Origin: Felis catus
Taxonomy: Eukaryota
Assembly (NCBI RefSeq): GCF_018350175.1
Contig: NC_058383.1
Coordinates: 21,082,001 to 21,146,000, forward strand
Length of the DNA stretch: 64,000 bases
Direction: 5' to 3'
Shown: positions 37,898 to 51,110 of the stretch, piece by piece
How positions within the stretch are numbered: the first letter of the stretch is position 1
Layout: every line of letters begins with the position of its first letter
Notes under the pieces: generated by a model
What the model was told of the DNA's origin: nothing
The model's database searches: none
Seen by the model: the letters and a program-made list of their open reading frames with translations, nothing else
Position numbers and translations under genes: made by a program

Positions 37898-39328
37898 TTA
37901 GAAGTTACCTGTCTTGAAACCCTACTGCTATTCTAAACATAGGGCAACAAAAGATAAAATATAACGAGCATATAAGCAAAAGAGACATGTATATAAGATA
38001 CAAAAAATAAAAATGAGAAAGATACGTACCTATACTTGACATATTGCCCTAATATTGACTTTCTTTATTGACACACAAGATGGTTCCATATGGCAATAAG
38101 ATGGCTCCTTGTAATGATCAGAGCCACGGGCTTCCTTATTTATATCTTGTGAGAAGGACAGGGGGAAATTAACCTTTCCTTTTACCACAAAATCAAAGTC
38201 CTTCCCTCCCGTCTTGTGCCACACCAATGCAAAGGCTGCCGTGGACAACGTATCTGGAGATCAGAAGCCCAAGGTGGTGAACAGGCTGCTGGAACAGAGA
38301 AAAGGCGGCCAGGAGTTTGGCTCCTACGAGAAAATGAAGACTAAACATTCCCCACGAAGGGAAGGGGACGAGAGCCAAGATGATGGCGTGAGCCTAGGAG
38401 CTAGACAGTCTCTTCCCACTTCTGCAAGAAAGTTGAGAAAGCTGAGATTCTACTACAATGGGATAAGGAGGCAGGCGGGAGGGACCAGACACAGCCTCTA
38501 CCGAAAACTTGGATGAGCAGCCCACTGGCTCAGTGCGATACGATGAACAACAGCCTCGACCCCACGCGAGAAATCTGGGTTCTGGACTGGGGGGTCTTGA
38601 AGAGCCAGCTGCAAACCTGGCACGTAGGGAGGAGCGAGGACAGAGGAAAACAGGAGGGAAGCAAACAAGGTCACTCAAGATGAGCCTACGGTACAAAATC
38701 ACGAAACACGCAGCGAGACCTCCCGTGAAGGAAGAAATCCGACGGGACCAACAACGAACAACCCATGATGGGTGATCATTCACGAAAAAGACAACAATAA
38801 ACATACTAGAAGGATCTGAGGCTAACATTAAAACAGGTAAGTTCTGGAGGGTGAAGCCAGCATCGTGATGCCAGAAGACATCCGTCATCTGTGTCCTCCA
38901 GCCACCGCCACCCAAACTCCATCATCCATCATGGACAAAAGTACCTTCGGAAAGCTGTGGGACATAGCGCCGGATGCCAAGGAACCTGGAAAGAGTCTTA
39001 CCCACCCACGCATCAGGTAAACAGGCAGACAGACCTCGGTCGTGGCTGTGGACCCTGCAGTGGTCCCTGAACTGGCTCCAGCCCCTCTCCGCCAGTCTGG
39101 CAGCCCCAGGAAAGCACTTTCAAAAATAATCCCCCGCAGACGAGAGAACCTCTGGCGAAGTCCGGGTTTCAAGAGGAGAAGGTCCAGCGCAATGCTGGAG
39201 CAAAAAGATACAAGTTTGGGAAGATGCTGATCAGAGGGTACAAATTCCAATGGAATTATATTATATACTTGGAAGTTGCTCAAGGAGTCAATATTAAATG
39301 TTCTTACCGCAAAAAAGAAATGGTAACT

Positions 39329-39530
39329 TGGGATGGCTCAGTCGGTTAAGCGTCCAGCTTCTACTCAGGTCATGATGTCACGGTTCCACAGTTCACAGGT
39401 CCGAGCCCCGTGTTGGGCTTTGCGCTGACGGCCCCGAGCCTGTTTGTGCGTCTCTGTCTCCCTCTCTCTCCCTCGGCCCCTCCCCTGTGCGCTCTCTCTC
39501 AAAATAAATAAATGAACTTAAAAAAAAAAA
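39329..39530 (+). mobile_element. Can-SINE in L1 3' end
   Basis: TSD AAAAAAGAAA(T/C)GGTAA. Confidence 0.92.
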
Positions 39531-39719
39531 GAAACGGTAATTTGGTAATGTAATGGAAAGCTACAGTCGTAATCATATTGCAAGATACAAATGTACCGTA
39601 TCAACACGTGTTACGCCTGGAGCTTACACAATGGTATATGTCAATTATATCTCAAGAAAAGCTGGGGAAAAAAGCAAACATCTAATTGAGAGTAAAACAA
39701 AAAGTTCTGGGGGGGGTTA

Positions 39720-39815
39720 CTTTTTAAAAGTAATCTCGATACCCAACGTGGGGCTCCAACTCAACCCCGAGATCAAGAGTCACGCCCTCTACCAACTGAG
39801 CCAGCCAGGAGCCCC
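39720..39815 (-). mobile_element. Short Can-SINE
   Basis: CCCAACGTGGGGCTC...GAGATCAAGAGTC...ACTGAGCCAGCCAGGAGCCCC. Confidence 0.85.
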
Positions 39816-40918
39816 ACACGCAGTTGTAAAATGTATATTTGAAAAATGTCTGCTAGAAATGTTGGAAATGAAAAATATGGCCACTAAAAATTTTAAGTCA
39901 GTAAATGAGACAAACTCCAGAATGGATGTATTTAGCAAGAATTAGTGAATTGGAAGATACTGCTCAGAATTCAACAAAAAATGCATCATAGAGAGATTAA
40001 AAAAAATTTTTTTTTTCATTAAGCCATAGTTTCAAAACATGGAGGATAAATGGATGGGCTCCAAAATATGTCTAATAGGGATGTTGAAAGCGTAGAATTA
40101 AGCAAGTGGCAGAGCAGAGATATTTAGAAAGATAATGGCTGAGCATTTTCCAGATTTGCTGAGAGATGTACCAAATCCAGCGTCAACGAAAATAAATACA
40201 CATCTGTGCACATCCTACTGAAATGCAGACAGACGAAGAAAAAAAAAATCTTTAGGTTACCAGAAAGAAAATACAGATTACCCACAAAGGAATGACGATT
40301 ACATTCTCAGCTGACTCCTCATCCACAACAGTTGATTCCAGAAGGCAGTGGAGTGATATATCTTCCCAGGGCTGAGGAAAAAGAATCCTAACCTGTAATT
40401 TCACATCTGGCTAAATGTAAAGGCAAATTAAAGGCATTCACAAATATACAAAGATTAAAAGAAGGCACTACCTGCAGACCGCCCCCTCCCCCTCCCGGAC
40501 ACTTACAGAATTCTAAGAAGGACATAATGCAGGAAGAAAGATCATTTCTGTGCTGGGTCAGGCAGCCAATAAACAAACATTTATTGAGTGTCTACTCTCT
40601 ATACCGCAGGTACATGATCCCTGCCCATCCGGAGTTTATGGTCTCGCTCTGAGGACTAAGCTGAAGAGAGTCTCAGGCAGAAGACTTGCTTTGGGCACGC
40701 TTTGGGCATGAAAGCACAGAAGTGTTACAAGAGTAAGTAACCAAGAGTAACGAGGTCAAAGTTCTCAGGGTTTAAAAGAGATGATGCTAAAACGTTTGCT
40801 TGAAGCCAGGGTGTGCTTATAGGCAATAAAGACCCATTAGGGGCTTTAAGGAGCGATTAAGTGGATTTGACTCCTCGCCATTTCAGTTTGGTATCGACAC
40901 TGGTAAAAATGGGAATGT

Positions 40919-41070
40919 GGGGGCGCCTGGGTGCTTCTGGTGGTTAAGCGCCGACTCGTGGTTTCGGCTCAGGTCGTGATCTCACGGTTCGTGAGTTCGA
41001 GCCCTGTGTCAGGCTCTGTGCTGATGGTGCAGAGCCTGCTGGGGATTCTCTCTCTCTGCCCCTCCCAGTG

Positions 41071-41118
<48 letters not shown>

Positions 41119-41138
41119 ATAAATAAATAAACTTTAAA
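40919..41138 (+). mobile_element. Can-SINE with long (CT)n
   Basis: TSD AAAAATGGGAATGT / AAAAATGGAAACGT. Confidence 0.94.
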
Positions 41139-42313
41139 AAATGGAAACGTACAGTGTATAAATCCCCAAACCTTCCTCGCAGGGAGAATCAACTTAAAAC
41201 TCTCTATGGAGACACTGACAAGATGCTTACCCTTTTCTGCACGTTATTGAATGCATCTGAATCTCTCCCGTCCTGGCTGTTGACCATCTTTTTATTTCGA
41301 TGCTGTGGGTCAGAAAGGGAGAGGGTGTGAACAGGATAAATTCCAAATGAAACGGCAATAAGCTGAAATAAAAAGAATAAACCCCTGACCTTTTCGTCAG
41401 TTCTGCTTTCTGAAGAAAGATGTGCGCGTGAATTTGTTTCCCTAGCTACCGTGCATAAAAATAGAAGATGTGGTGTTTGGTAATTTTATGGCTATTAGAA
41501 TAATAAAGTGTCACGGGAAGTTATTGCATTTTAAGACAGTGTTCCCCTTCATGCACAGACTCTGGGGAGCGGGGAAAGGAGGGAGAGACGCCATCATACA
41601 CCGGAGTAGTGTGTGTGTTTATAGGTCATTTTAGAAAAGTTCTGTGTACACACCAGGCAAAACCCTAGCCCACAGTGACTGCACTGGATGCTCTCAGGAG
41701 TCAGCCGACGGGGTAACTCCTCTGAAGGCAAATACAGTGTGATGAATCCGACCCTGGAGTTTCTTCATCCGTAAACACATAAGACGGGCCAGTTCGATTC
41801 TGTGTTGGAGGAAAAAGAAAAAAAGGCCACTCACACAGGTCACAAACACCAAGAGCGCCATGAACAGACCTTTTTGGGGACACACGGTGCCCTTCCTTGA
41901 GGGCGGGAAGGCCAAAGGAGTGTTTGCTCTTGTAAACGGCTGGGAAATTGGACTGCTTCGCTTTTGTCTAAGGAAACTACTGCCTTCTACATCCTGAAAA
42001 TTATGAATTCTGTCATTGGAGTCGAATGGGAAGAAATGGAAGGGAAGGGTAGTGTTTTATGAAACTAAAAGTTTTCTTGACGAGGAATCCAATCCAGCCC
42101 TCGGAACTCAAATGCGTCGTTATTATATCCGCAAAAAAAGTGAATGGGTATGCCCTCACTCCTTCTCCAGGATTCCAGGAGCTCTGGCAATAGAAACTCT
42201 TTCCTTGCACTCCCAAGGGACTTGAGTAGATCACCCAACCCTCCACCTATCCTTAGGCGATACCGTAGTGAAGCCTGAGGTGACAGTCTGTCATTTTCAA
42301 AAATGTCAACCAC

Positions 42314-42507
42314 GAGGCGCCTGGGCAGCTCAGTCGGTTAACAGTCTGACCTTGGTTTCGGCTCAGGTCATGATCTCGTGGTTTCTTGAGTTGACAGTGC
42401 GGAGCGTGCTTGGGATTCTCTCTCCCTCTCTCTGCCCCTCTCCCACTTGCACTATCTCTGTCTCTCTGAAAATAAACAGATACACTTAAAAAAATTAAAA
42501 ACAAAAG
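42314..42507 (+). mobile_element. Can-SINE
   Basis: TSD CAAAAATGTCAACC at 42298-42311 and 42508-42521. Confidence 0.93.
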
Positions 42508-42648
42508 CAAAAATGTCAACCGTGATGTCCTCACCATTGGGAAAGTCACCCTAACATTCCAACACGTTAACACTGCGAATATTCCCCACCATCTGCTGGT
42601 GTATGTGCTCCAAGGCCCCCACTGCCTATGGGTTCAAACAGAACCTCT

Positions 42649-42676
42649 CTTTATTTTTTAATGTTTATTTGTTTTT

Positions 42677-42723
<47 letters not shown>

Positions 42724-42890
42724 TGTGAGCAGGGGAGGGACAGAGAGAGAGGGAGTCACAGCATCCGAAGCAGGCTCCAGGCTCCGAGCTGTCAGCACAG
42801 AGCCTGACGTGGGGCTCGAACCCACAAAGCGTGAGATCACGACCTGAGTTGAAGTCGGACGTCCAACCAACTGAGCCACCCAGGCACCCC
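42649..42890 (-). mobile_element. Can-SINE
   Basis: TSD AACA(G/A)AACCTCTC; long (GA)n. Confidence 0.94.
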
Positions 42891-43446
42891 GAACAAAACC
42901 TCTCCTAATGACAAATATGCCTCTAGTTCTCTTTCCCCCTGATACCTCTTTTTCCAGCTTACTCTCTGGACTAATATTCTCTCACTACTCCAGCATTCTG
43001 TGTTTCAGCCATACCAAACCATTCACGCTTTTTGGACCATGCCACTCTCCCTTGACATCTGCTCTAGATGGTCCCTGCATTAGCTGACGGAATAAGGAGG
43101 CGTGCACTGGCTTCCCCGATGCTTCGTAGCCGGCTGCCACAAATAGAGAGATTAAGTGCTTGTTACTTCCAGTCTCTTGGAACCCAGGGGTGATCAAAGA
43201 AGAAAGTTGTTGCTGTACTCAGCCTGCGTCCTTTGTCTAAACGCTGAAAGTGGGCGCTGAGATGGTGGCAGCTGACAGTAGAAAAGGTGTTAGCTACTCA
43301 TTCCTCATGGAACATGGCTTCCGTAAGGCTAGGCCACTGCCTTCAGCAGCTTTCTCCAGAGGGGTGCCACAAAGTCAGCCCCGGAACTGAAGCAGTAAAC
43401 TGAATAAGCATAATGCATGCACAAGCGTGCGTGTGTGCGCGCCCTT

Positions 43447-43447
<1 letters not shown>

Positions 43448-43489
<42 letters not shown>
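43448..43489 (+). repeat. (CA)n microsatellite, about 20 units
   Basis: Uninterrupted CA repeat preceded by mixed GT/GC alternation. Confidence 0.97.
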
Positions 43490-43491
<2 letters not shown>

Positions 43492-43838
43492 TTTATTCCT
43501 ATGACCAGGGGACCAGGGATCTGCCTTCCACACGCTTTTTAACCTCCACCTGTTATCCTTCATTGGTCCAAATGCTCCAAGATTGATAGATGAGAATATA
43601 TATTCACCTCCTTAACTCTTAAGTCAAACACATTAGCCTACTTCTCATTGAATCAACTGATTTATCTTGATAAATGAGGAACTTTTTAGTAATGAGAAAA
43701 CAAAAGAAAGAAGCCTATGATATCAAGTGCAAGGTTTTGACCTGCCTCTTTCCTCAAGGGGACATTCCCAAACCTAAAAGTTTTCCTTTTTCTTACAATT
43801 TCAATTTGTATTTCTGCAAGTCAAAGTAAGGGTAACGA

Positions 43839-44082
43839 TTCTTCTTCTTCTTTTTTTTTTAATGTTTATTTATTTCTTTTTGAGAGACAGAGAGAGCGAG
43901 CGAGTGAGAGAGACAGCAAGAAGGGGTGGGGCAAAGAGAGAGGGAGACAGAGAATCCGAAGCAGGCTCCAGGCTCCGAGCTGTCAGCACGGAGCCCGACG
44001 TGGGGCTCGAACTCGCGAACCGTGAGATCATGACCTGAGCCAAAGTCTGATGCTTAACCGACTGAGCCCCTGAGGCGCCCCC
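43839..44082 (-). mobile_element. Can-SINE
   Basis: Complete antisense copy with (TTC)n/T tail. Confidence 0.93.
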
Positions 44083-45907
44083 AAGTAGAACAATTCTTGA
44101 AAACGCTCCACTACAAGTCATTACACCTTACACATACTTCATCTTCTTCTAGGTAATTAATTGCACTTAAAAATGCATGTGCATGTGTTGGAGAGTTAAC
44201 AAGGATCTCCTTCTACATATTAATGATTGGATTTACAATACTATACTCTTTATACAACAAGACTTAAATAAAACGATGAGGTCAAACATATGTTTTTCTG
44301 CACCTTGGCCTCTACCCAACTTGACACCATACCTGCCTTGAAAGTTTTCCCCCATTTCTTCCAATAAAGCTTAGCTCTGCTTCAGGGTCAAGCTTCTCTC
44401 TTCTACCTCCTTTCTGAATCCTTTTCTCAACCTTCCAGATGGCGAGAATGGTCAGCCCCGGGGGAGAGTAGCATCGTATCACTGATGTAATTTAACATTG
44501 CCAGCAGACAGCGATGGAAACGTAGATTCCATCTACGTAGATTACCATCTACGATGGTAGACTGATTTGGGGTTGGTTTTATTATTTTTGGGGGGTTTTC
44601 CACAATCGCCTGCACCCGGGGCCGACCTCTCCCTGCCTCCCCAGTCCCAGTAAGCTTCCAAACGAAAGTGATGCCTTCCTTTTTGTCTCTTTCTTACACA
44701 CCATTTGCGTGGGACTCACCAAATTTTGTCTCATGCGGAGGGTGGTTGTGCCCATATTTTATCACAAGCTGCTTGAGATCAGGAACTACATAGTTTCCAT
44801 CACCCCCAACCCCCAGTGCTCATCAGGGTGACGGGAACAAAGAAGGCCACGAATTAATACATCATGAGTGAATATAGGTAAGAAAGATGAGACCCAGAGA
44901 GGCCAAGCAACTTACCCAAAGTCACAGAGAGTTATCAACAGCGCCAGCATTAGAATCCATGACTATCTGATTTAAGTGAAGTCTTTAGTCATCCAGAAAC
45001 TGCCCAATCATGCGACTAAACTAAACTCACACGAGGCTGACCATCTATTTCACCTCAGCAATTACTGGCCATGGAAGAGAATCTGAGGCCAAGGGTCTTG
45101 GCCTTTCTCCAGACAAATGTGAAATACCAAAAGGCTGGGCAAGTTCTCCAGTTTCGCTTATTTTGGGGGGTGTGCTATGGCTTTCGATCTTTTGAAGCAG
45201 AATCTAAGGAAGAAAAAGCATTCACAGGGTTTGCGAGCCTAATTGAAATATTCTCTACATCAAATATGTTCAATGTAGTAGAAACTGCAGATGTTACTGC
45301 CTTAATTTTATAACCCAATTATTCTTTTATTTCTAGTTGTCTTCAGGATAAATGAACTCTTATCAGCTATTCAAATAGGTAATTATCATAAAGCTAAATA
45401 CCACACAACCTCATAATCCACGTCAATTTATAGACTAAACTGGAGTAAAATCGTGCTCTAGAGTTACAGGAAAGGAACTCCAGATTTTTATTATGTCTCA
45501 ACATTTTTTTGCCAGAATACCCAAATGAAATTTAACAAGGAGATGATTTCTTTTGGTGAGGAAAAGGGTCTAGAATTGGCTTTTTTTATTGTAACAGAAG
45601 GAATGCTAAACTTGAGGCAAAAGATAATGAGTTTGGGAACAAGACCTGTAATTCATCAGCTATGTGACTCTGGCCAAATTATGTTTTCCCTTTGAGTTTC
45701 AATTTCCTTCTCTCTAGCAGAGAGATTTGGGATATTTTACTCTAGGACCCTTTCTATCTATAAAATCCCATGACCTTCTGCTCCTGATGGTGCTAGAATA
45801 CTCCGGCCAGGACATCTCAGGGCTCAACGCCTTGTGGTTTTAATACGTAAGGTCAAGTTCGTGTGGCCTTCGAGAACAAAACTGCATTCATGTGCATCAC
45901 CTCGGGG

Positions 45908-46090
45908 CAAGGCCAGGATTCAGGTGAAGCTACTGAGACACTCACGTGAGTCCAAAATTTAAGGGTGTCTCCCCCGAACTCAGCAAACCAGGAGAAATAT
46001 TATTTTAACACAATATTTAAAAAAATCAAAATCGATGCAAAAATCCACAATGAGCAAATATCAATATTTTAAATAAGGATAGGATCAATA
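45908..46090 (+). mobile_element. MER96B-like hAT relic
   Basis: GGCCAGGATTCAGGTGAAG...CAAAATTTAAGGG...AAAAATCAAAATCGATGCAAAAATCCA...AAATAAGGATAGGATC. Confidence 0.75.
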
Positions 46091-46329
46091 CCCAGGGAGA
46101 CGAGGTGTGTATTAGGATAGGTTTATTTATGCTGGAGTTTTTTTTTTTTTTAAGCATAATTCCCATATCTTAGATGTTTAACAGAGAAAACGTTGGTTTA
46201 TTGCTCCTGTCACAACTCTGCTGAAGGCCTCCATGGGCTCTTCTCCCCACAGGCACACAGCCACTCATGGCAGGCAGGCAGGTCCTGTGATTGTTGCTGC
46301 AGAAAAAGAGGGAACCAGAGGGTCACTGC

Positions 46330-47290
46330 GTGAGTCAGCGTAGGTTAAGCAATGCTGCGGTGACAAGTGACCTTGGAATCTCAATGGCGTCCAGCAACTG
46401 AGATTGATTTCTGGCTCAGACTCCGTGTCCATTTATGAGTCAGCTACTGTACATTTACTTCACTCCAGGTGCAAGGCTGAGGAAGCAACCCTCGTCTCTT
46501 GGCACGGAAGAAAGACAACGGTGAAGAATGTCAGGGAGGCTATCCAATTCCCGCTCCAAATGGCGCACCCCGCTCCTGCTCATGTTTCATTGGCCGAGGG
46601 ACGTTGCACAGTTTTACCCAGTGTCAATGGAGTGGAGAAGCATAATCCTCCCCCAGAGGAAGGAAAAGCAAATGTTGTGAATAGCAGACTATGTTCCACA
46701 GTCCACCCTGTTTTCTTGAATATTCACCTCCCCTCATTCCACGTCAGACACACACAAAACCCTCTTCCTCTCCCGAAGGCAGTCGGCCCGAAGGGCCCAT
46801 TTAATCATGACGTCGATCCGTGAACCCACGAACTACAACGTGTTTTGCCTCACACGCATCTAAGATACTATCCTAGGAGAAGAGTGGAATAACATTATGA
46901 ACAATCTGTGGCTGTCTAACAAATTGCCCCAAATGTAGGAGCTTAAGACAATGCATACTTCTCTCAGTTTCCGTCAATCGGGAATCCAGAAGTTGCTGAG
47001 TGGTTCAGCATCCGTCATGAGGTCGCAGTTGAGATGTGAGCCAGGGCTCTGGTCATGTGAGGATCTGACCGAGGGAGAATCTACTTCCAGACTCGCTCGT
47101 GTGCTCGCGTGCAGGCCTCAGATATCCACCACCAAGATCACTCACGTCGGTGGCAGCAAGCCTCAGTTTCTCGCTATATGGGACTCTCCGTAGGCTGCTG
47201 AGTATTCTTCTGACATGGCTTCTCTCTCCGGAGGGCTGTTTCATGACAGGGCAGTTGGCCTCAGAGCAAGAGAGACAGAAAGAATCCAAG
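46330..47290 (-). mobile_element. Ancient MaLR (MLT1) LTR fragments
   Basis: ATGCTGCGGTGACAA...CATGTTTCATTGGCC; GCTGTCTAACAAATTGCCCCAAA...GAATCTACTTCCAGACTCGCTC. Confidence 0.6.
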
Positions 47291-47299
47291 AGGGAGTTA

Positions 47300-49030
47300 T
47301 CTTTCCACGTAGGGTCCCGACCAGTCCATTCTAGCCATCTCCAGACATTTGAGCCTCGCCCACTGAGGTCCCAAGCATTGTAGAGTAGACACAGATAATA
47401 ACAGTCCCCGTTATGCCCTAACTGAATCTCAAACTCAAATAATTATCGGCATCACAAATTGATTGTTCTTACAGGCCTCTAAGTCTAAAAGCGGTTTGTA
47501 ATCCAATAAATGATGACATCATAAACTGGTACTTGTAGAGTAGGGTGCTGCCATTAAAACACACACACACACAGATACGTGACATCGTCCTTCAGACTGA
47601 GCTGTAGACAACAGCAGGAAGAATCTCGAGGAGTCTTCGTGAAAGCTTAGGGTTCAGTAAGGAGCTGGTTATCCGAGGCTGAAGTAAAGGGGGATGTGTA
47701 TCGTTAACAGTGACAAGATAAGCAGTATGTTACCTGAGGTAACGGGAAACATATAGGAAACCTATAGATTTGGCTAAGGGATTCCCAGGAAGAATATTAA
47801 CGCTGCCAGCTGATTTTGTTGAGTTACATGTATGAAAATACAGAGAGGGCCTAAAAAAAAATTTTTTTTAAAAAGGGAACTCTTCAATTTTCAAATTCAG
47901 TAAGAATTGAGAGAAAATACAAGGGAGTCAGAATCCATAGGTTCAAAACGAAAACCAGTTTTCAATCCCAGTCTCTCGAGATGGTAAAAAGGTCTGGAGA
48001 CAAGAAATGGCCTCAGGACAAAGATCATCTCAAGGATGAGACTGAGATTTTTTTTGTTGCCTCTTCAGAAAGATTTGTGGGCATCCCTCACGGTCTCCCT
48101 CAACTAGGCATCTTAAGAGAGTCTCACAGCACTCAGACTCTAAAATGAAGCCAGAGAGAGCCTGTCACGAAAACATCTCTGAGTGTTGTTTTCGTCTAAT
48201 GGAGTGAAGCCTAAAAAGATTAAGAGGAAATTCACATAATATTCAAGAGAACTAAGTTGGTGTCAGTACTGGCATCTTGTAAAAGGGGCAGAAAGACCAC
48301 GAAATGATGGATCTCCAACTTTCCACGGGAAGAAGGCTGAGAAGGCTAGTCAGTTGCATAACTGATCGATTTCTCACGGAATGGAATGGTCTCAGAGCAT
48401 GTAGCCAAGAGCCATGGGAAATCATTCCCAGGGAGTAAAACTGGACTTGAGTCAAGGAACCAGCAACACGTTTCTGGCTGGATTTTAGAATTGCTATAGA
48501 CTAGCAACTGCTGTGTGCGCCCCATATCCCCCCCTTTAGTGTCTGCTATAGTCTTCCTGTCTCTGTCTTTCTATTGCATGTTGGGTATGTTGGGAGATAG
48601 ATGCCTTAGCTCTTTCATTTGTAGATCTTCAGATGAAGAGGAATGAGATACTCAAGGAGCTGTATCACATCTAAAGAGTCTCACCCATACCAGGACTTGA
48701 TCTGGATGATAATCTCTTGGAATTTGAACCAGTGCCGTGATGGGATGAGACGTGGGTGGTCTTGGAAGAGAATGAGCATTTTTCATGCAAGAGGAACTTA
48801 TTGGTGGCCAGAGAGTAGATCGTGGCAGATGAAAGATGGCCACAAATTCTTTGACACTGACCCCCCACCCCCTCGCATCCCCCTGTCTACTGAATCCGAG
48901 CTGGCCTGTGGATTCTTTGGTCACTAGAGTATAGTAGAAGTGACGTGGTACCAATTCAGAGCCTGACCTTAGGACGACTTGCAAGCTTCTACCTGGTCTC
49001 CTGAGTTATGCCATGCTGGCGATTGATGCC
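47300..49030 (+). mobile_element. MaLR provirus relic (LTR end, internal region, LTR start)
   Basis: LTR 3' end (CCTCTAAGTCT...TTTGTAATCCAATAAATGA), then ACTGGTAC...GGGTGCTGCC internal start, and a second LTR beginning ~48820. Confidence 0.55.
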
Positions 49031-49406
49031 AAAATCTGTGATTTGTTCCTTGCTGTCCTTTCACTGTGAGTCCACTGAAACTGTGGCCCGCATCTTCAGG
49101 ACAGGTCACAGGATGAATAAAGTACCTGTGTCTGGACCGTAACAGTTTCATGGCAGAAGAAAATAATAAAGTGGAGTAACCATATGTTGGCTCTTGGAGC
49201 TTCTCCTTGGACATGCGCCCCTCACATCTGCTCACGGCCTATTGACGAAAATCAGCCACACGGCTCAAACCTAACCACAGAAAACTTGGAAATGTGAAGA
49301 AGTTCCCAAGTATTTGGTAAGCAGTGTCTTCATCATAGGGAGAATAATATCTCACTCATAGAAACTCCTCTTTCTCCGAAGGCTGTTTAAAAGCTCAACA
49401 GCCCTT

Positions 49407-49629
49407 GGGGCGCCTGGGTGGCTCAGTCGGCTGAGTGTATGACTTCGGCTCAGGTCATGATCTTGCAGTTCATGAGTTCGAGTCCCATGTCGAGCTCTGT
49501 GCTGACAGCTCAGAGCCCGGAGCCTTCTTCGGATTCTGTGTCTCCCTCTCTCTCTGCCCCTCCCCTGCTCATGCTCTGTCTCTCCCTCTCTCTCAAAAAT
49601 AAATAAACATTAAAAAAATTAAAAAAAAA
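49407..49629 (+). mobile_element. Can-SINE
   Basis: Perfect TSD AAAAGCTCAACAGCCCTT at 49389-49406 and 49630-49647. Confidence 0.96.
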
Positions 49630-50195
49630 AAAAAGCTCAACAGCCCTTTGCATCTTAAGTCAGAACATCTGCTACAAGGTTACGCTGAACCTCCTGTCTT
49701 TCTGAAGCATGGGATCCTGGTAGGATTTTTAACTTAATTTGGGGGAATTAAAAAATATGACCAGAGCTGCACTCTGAACATCAGAGAGTCATTTAAACTG
49801 CTTAAGCTAGTATTTTCCATGGAAATCTTAGAGAAAAAAAAATCAAATGGCTGTGCTCAAATAAAAATCGTTCCTGGAAGTCCCCCAGAAGTGCTTGTTA
49901 AAAAACTACTCTAGCAACATCTGGGACTGACTTTGAGAGTTCTCAGATTGGAAGCAGGGAGACTAGTTAGGAAGGCTTTTGCAGGAATGTAGGACAAAAA
50001 TAACGAGTTCTTGGCCAAGGTGAAGAAGTTGGAGGTGGAACAAGGGGATGCTTTGCAAAGATATTGCAGAGACGGAGGAACAAATGTGTGTGGGTGGAAA
50101 ACCCAAAAGTCGGAAACGAGGGTGTATCAGATGTTTAAAAATAAAAAAATTAAAGTCCCAGAATAAAATATGGGTGAAAGTTATTGCTTTTCTTT

Positions 50196-50398
50196 CTTTC
50201 TTCTTTTTTAAAAGTTTATTCATTTATTTGGAGAGAGAGAGACAGATTGCGAGCAGGGAAGGCACAGAGAGAGACGGAGAGACAGAATCCCAAGCAGGCA
50301 GAGCTAGACACGGGGCTCGAGCTCACGAACCGCGAGATCATGACCTGAGCTGAAATCAAGAGTCAGACGCTCAGCCGACTGAGCCACCCAGGCGCCCC
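50196..50398 (-). mobile_element. Can-SINE
   Basis: Antisense copy; TSD TGCTTTTCTTT. Confidence 0.93.
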
Positions 50399-50569
50399 TG
50401 CTTTTCTTTTCGTAAATAGGAAATCCAGGGGAAGAAAAGTTAAATGTGGAGAAATTTGGCTACGGAAGCTTTAGAAATGCCTGCACTCTTTCAGTATATA
50501 TGTATACAAAGTCAGAAATAAAATAAAAACAAAGTGCAAAGTCGGGGAGGTGGGGGGAGCTGCAGCACA

Positions 50570-51110
50570 GATAATAGGGAGTGAATGTCCTAATACGTAC
50601 AGATTGCTTATAAAATATGAACTCTGAAATCAAAAGTGGTGAAAAGTCATGGGGATGCAATTCACAAAATGAGAAATACAAATCAACAATCAACATGGGA
50701 CGCTCAGTTTCATTGGTGATCAAATAAATTCAAAGTTTTAAATGTGCCGGGAGCTTTTTCCTCCAGATTGCCAACACGGAAACTATTTACAGAATCTTAT
50801 GTTACTAATAGTTTGGGGGAAACACTAGCTCCCAATCACTGTTGATAAAGGTGTAAATAAATACAATTTTTTCTGGAGGGAAGTATGACAATATGTAAAC
50901 AATTCTGCATGGAAATATCTTTTGACCCAGCAATCTGACTTAAAGGATTTATGGACCAAAGAGAATTGTGCGAGTATTTTTGAAAAAGTATGTTCAAGGT
51001 CGTTCTTTGTGGGAATGAACCTACTGGATTCCTGAATATCCACTGGTAAGGAGAACTTGTTAAATAAATCATAGTATGTTCAACAAAAATGAAATGCAGT
51101 CTTTTTTGAT
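50570..51110 (+). mobile_element. Ancient L1ME-like 3' fragment
   Basis: GCAATTCACAAAA, TTTGACCCAGCAAT and GTTAAATAAATCATAGTA motifs. Confidence 0.65.

Larger units (their letters stand above)
38230..40545 (+). mobile_element. Composite L1 region: ancient L1 5'/ORF1 relic containing a younger L1 3' end (~39230-39675) and SINEs
   Basis: AAAATCACGAAACAC, GAATTAGTGAATTGGAAGAT, ATATGTCTAATAGG and CAGAAGGCAGTGGAGT ORF1-region motifs; GTCAATTATATCTCAAGAAAAGCTGG L1 3' terminus. Confidence 0.6.

Noticed and set aside
38394..39283. 173-aa and 132-aa minus-strand ORFs
   Set aside because: They lie antisense within L1-derived, GC-enriched sequence
41694..41993. 100-codon open frame with a hydrophobic stretch (GLFMALLVFVTCVSGLFFFFL)
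   Set aside because: Part of the hydrophobic run is just a translated polypyrimidine tract, and no protein was recognised. Kept only as possible splice sites in the findings
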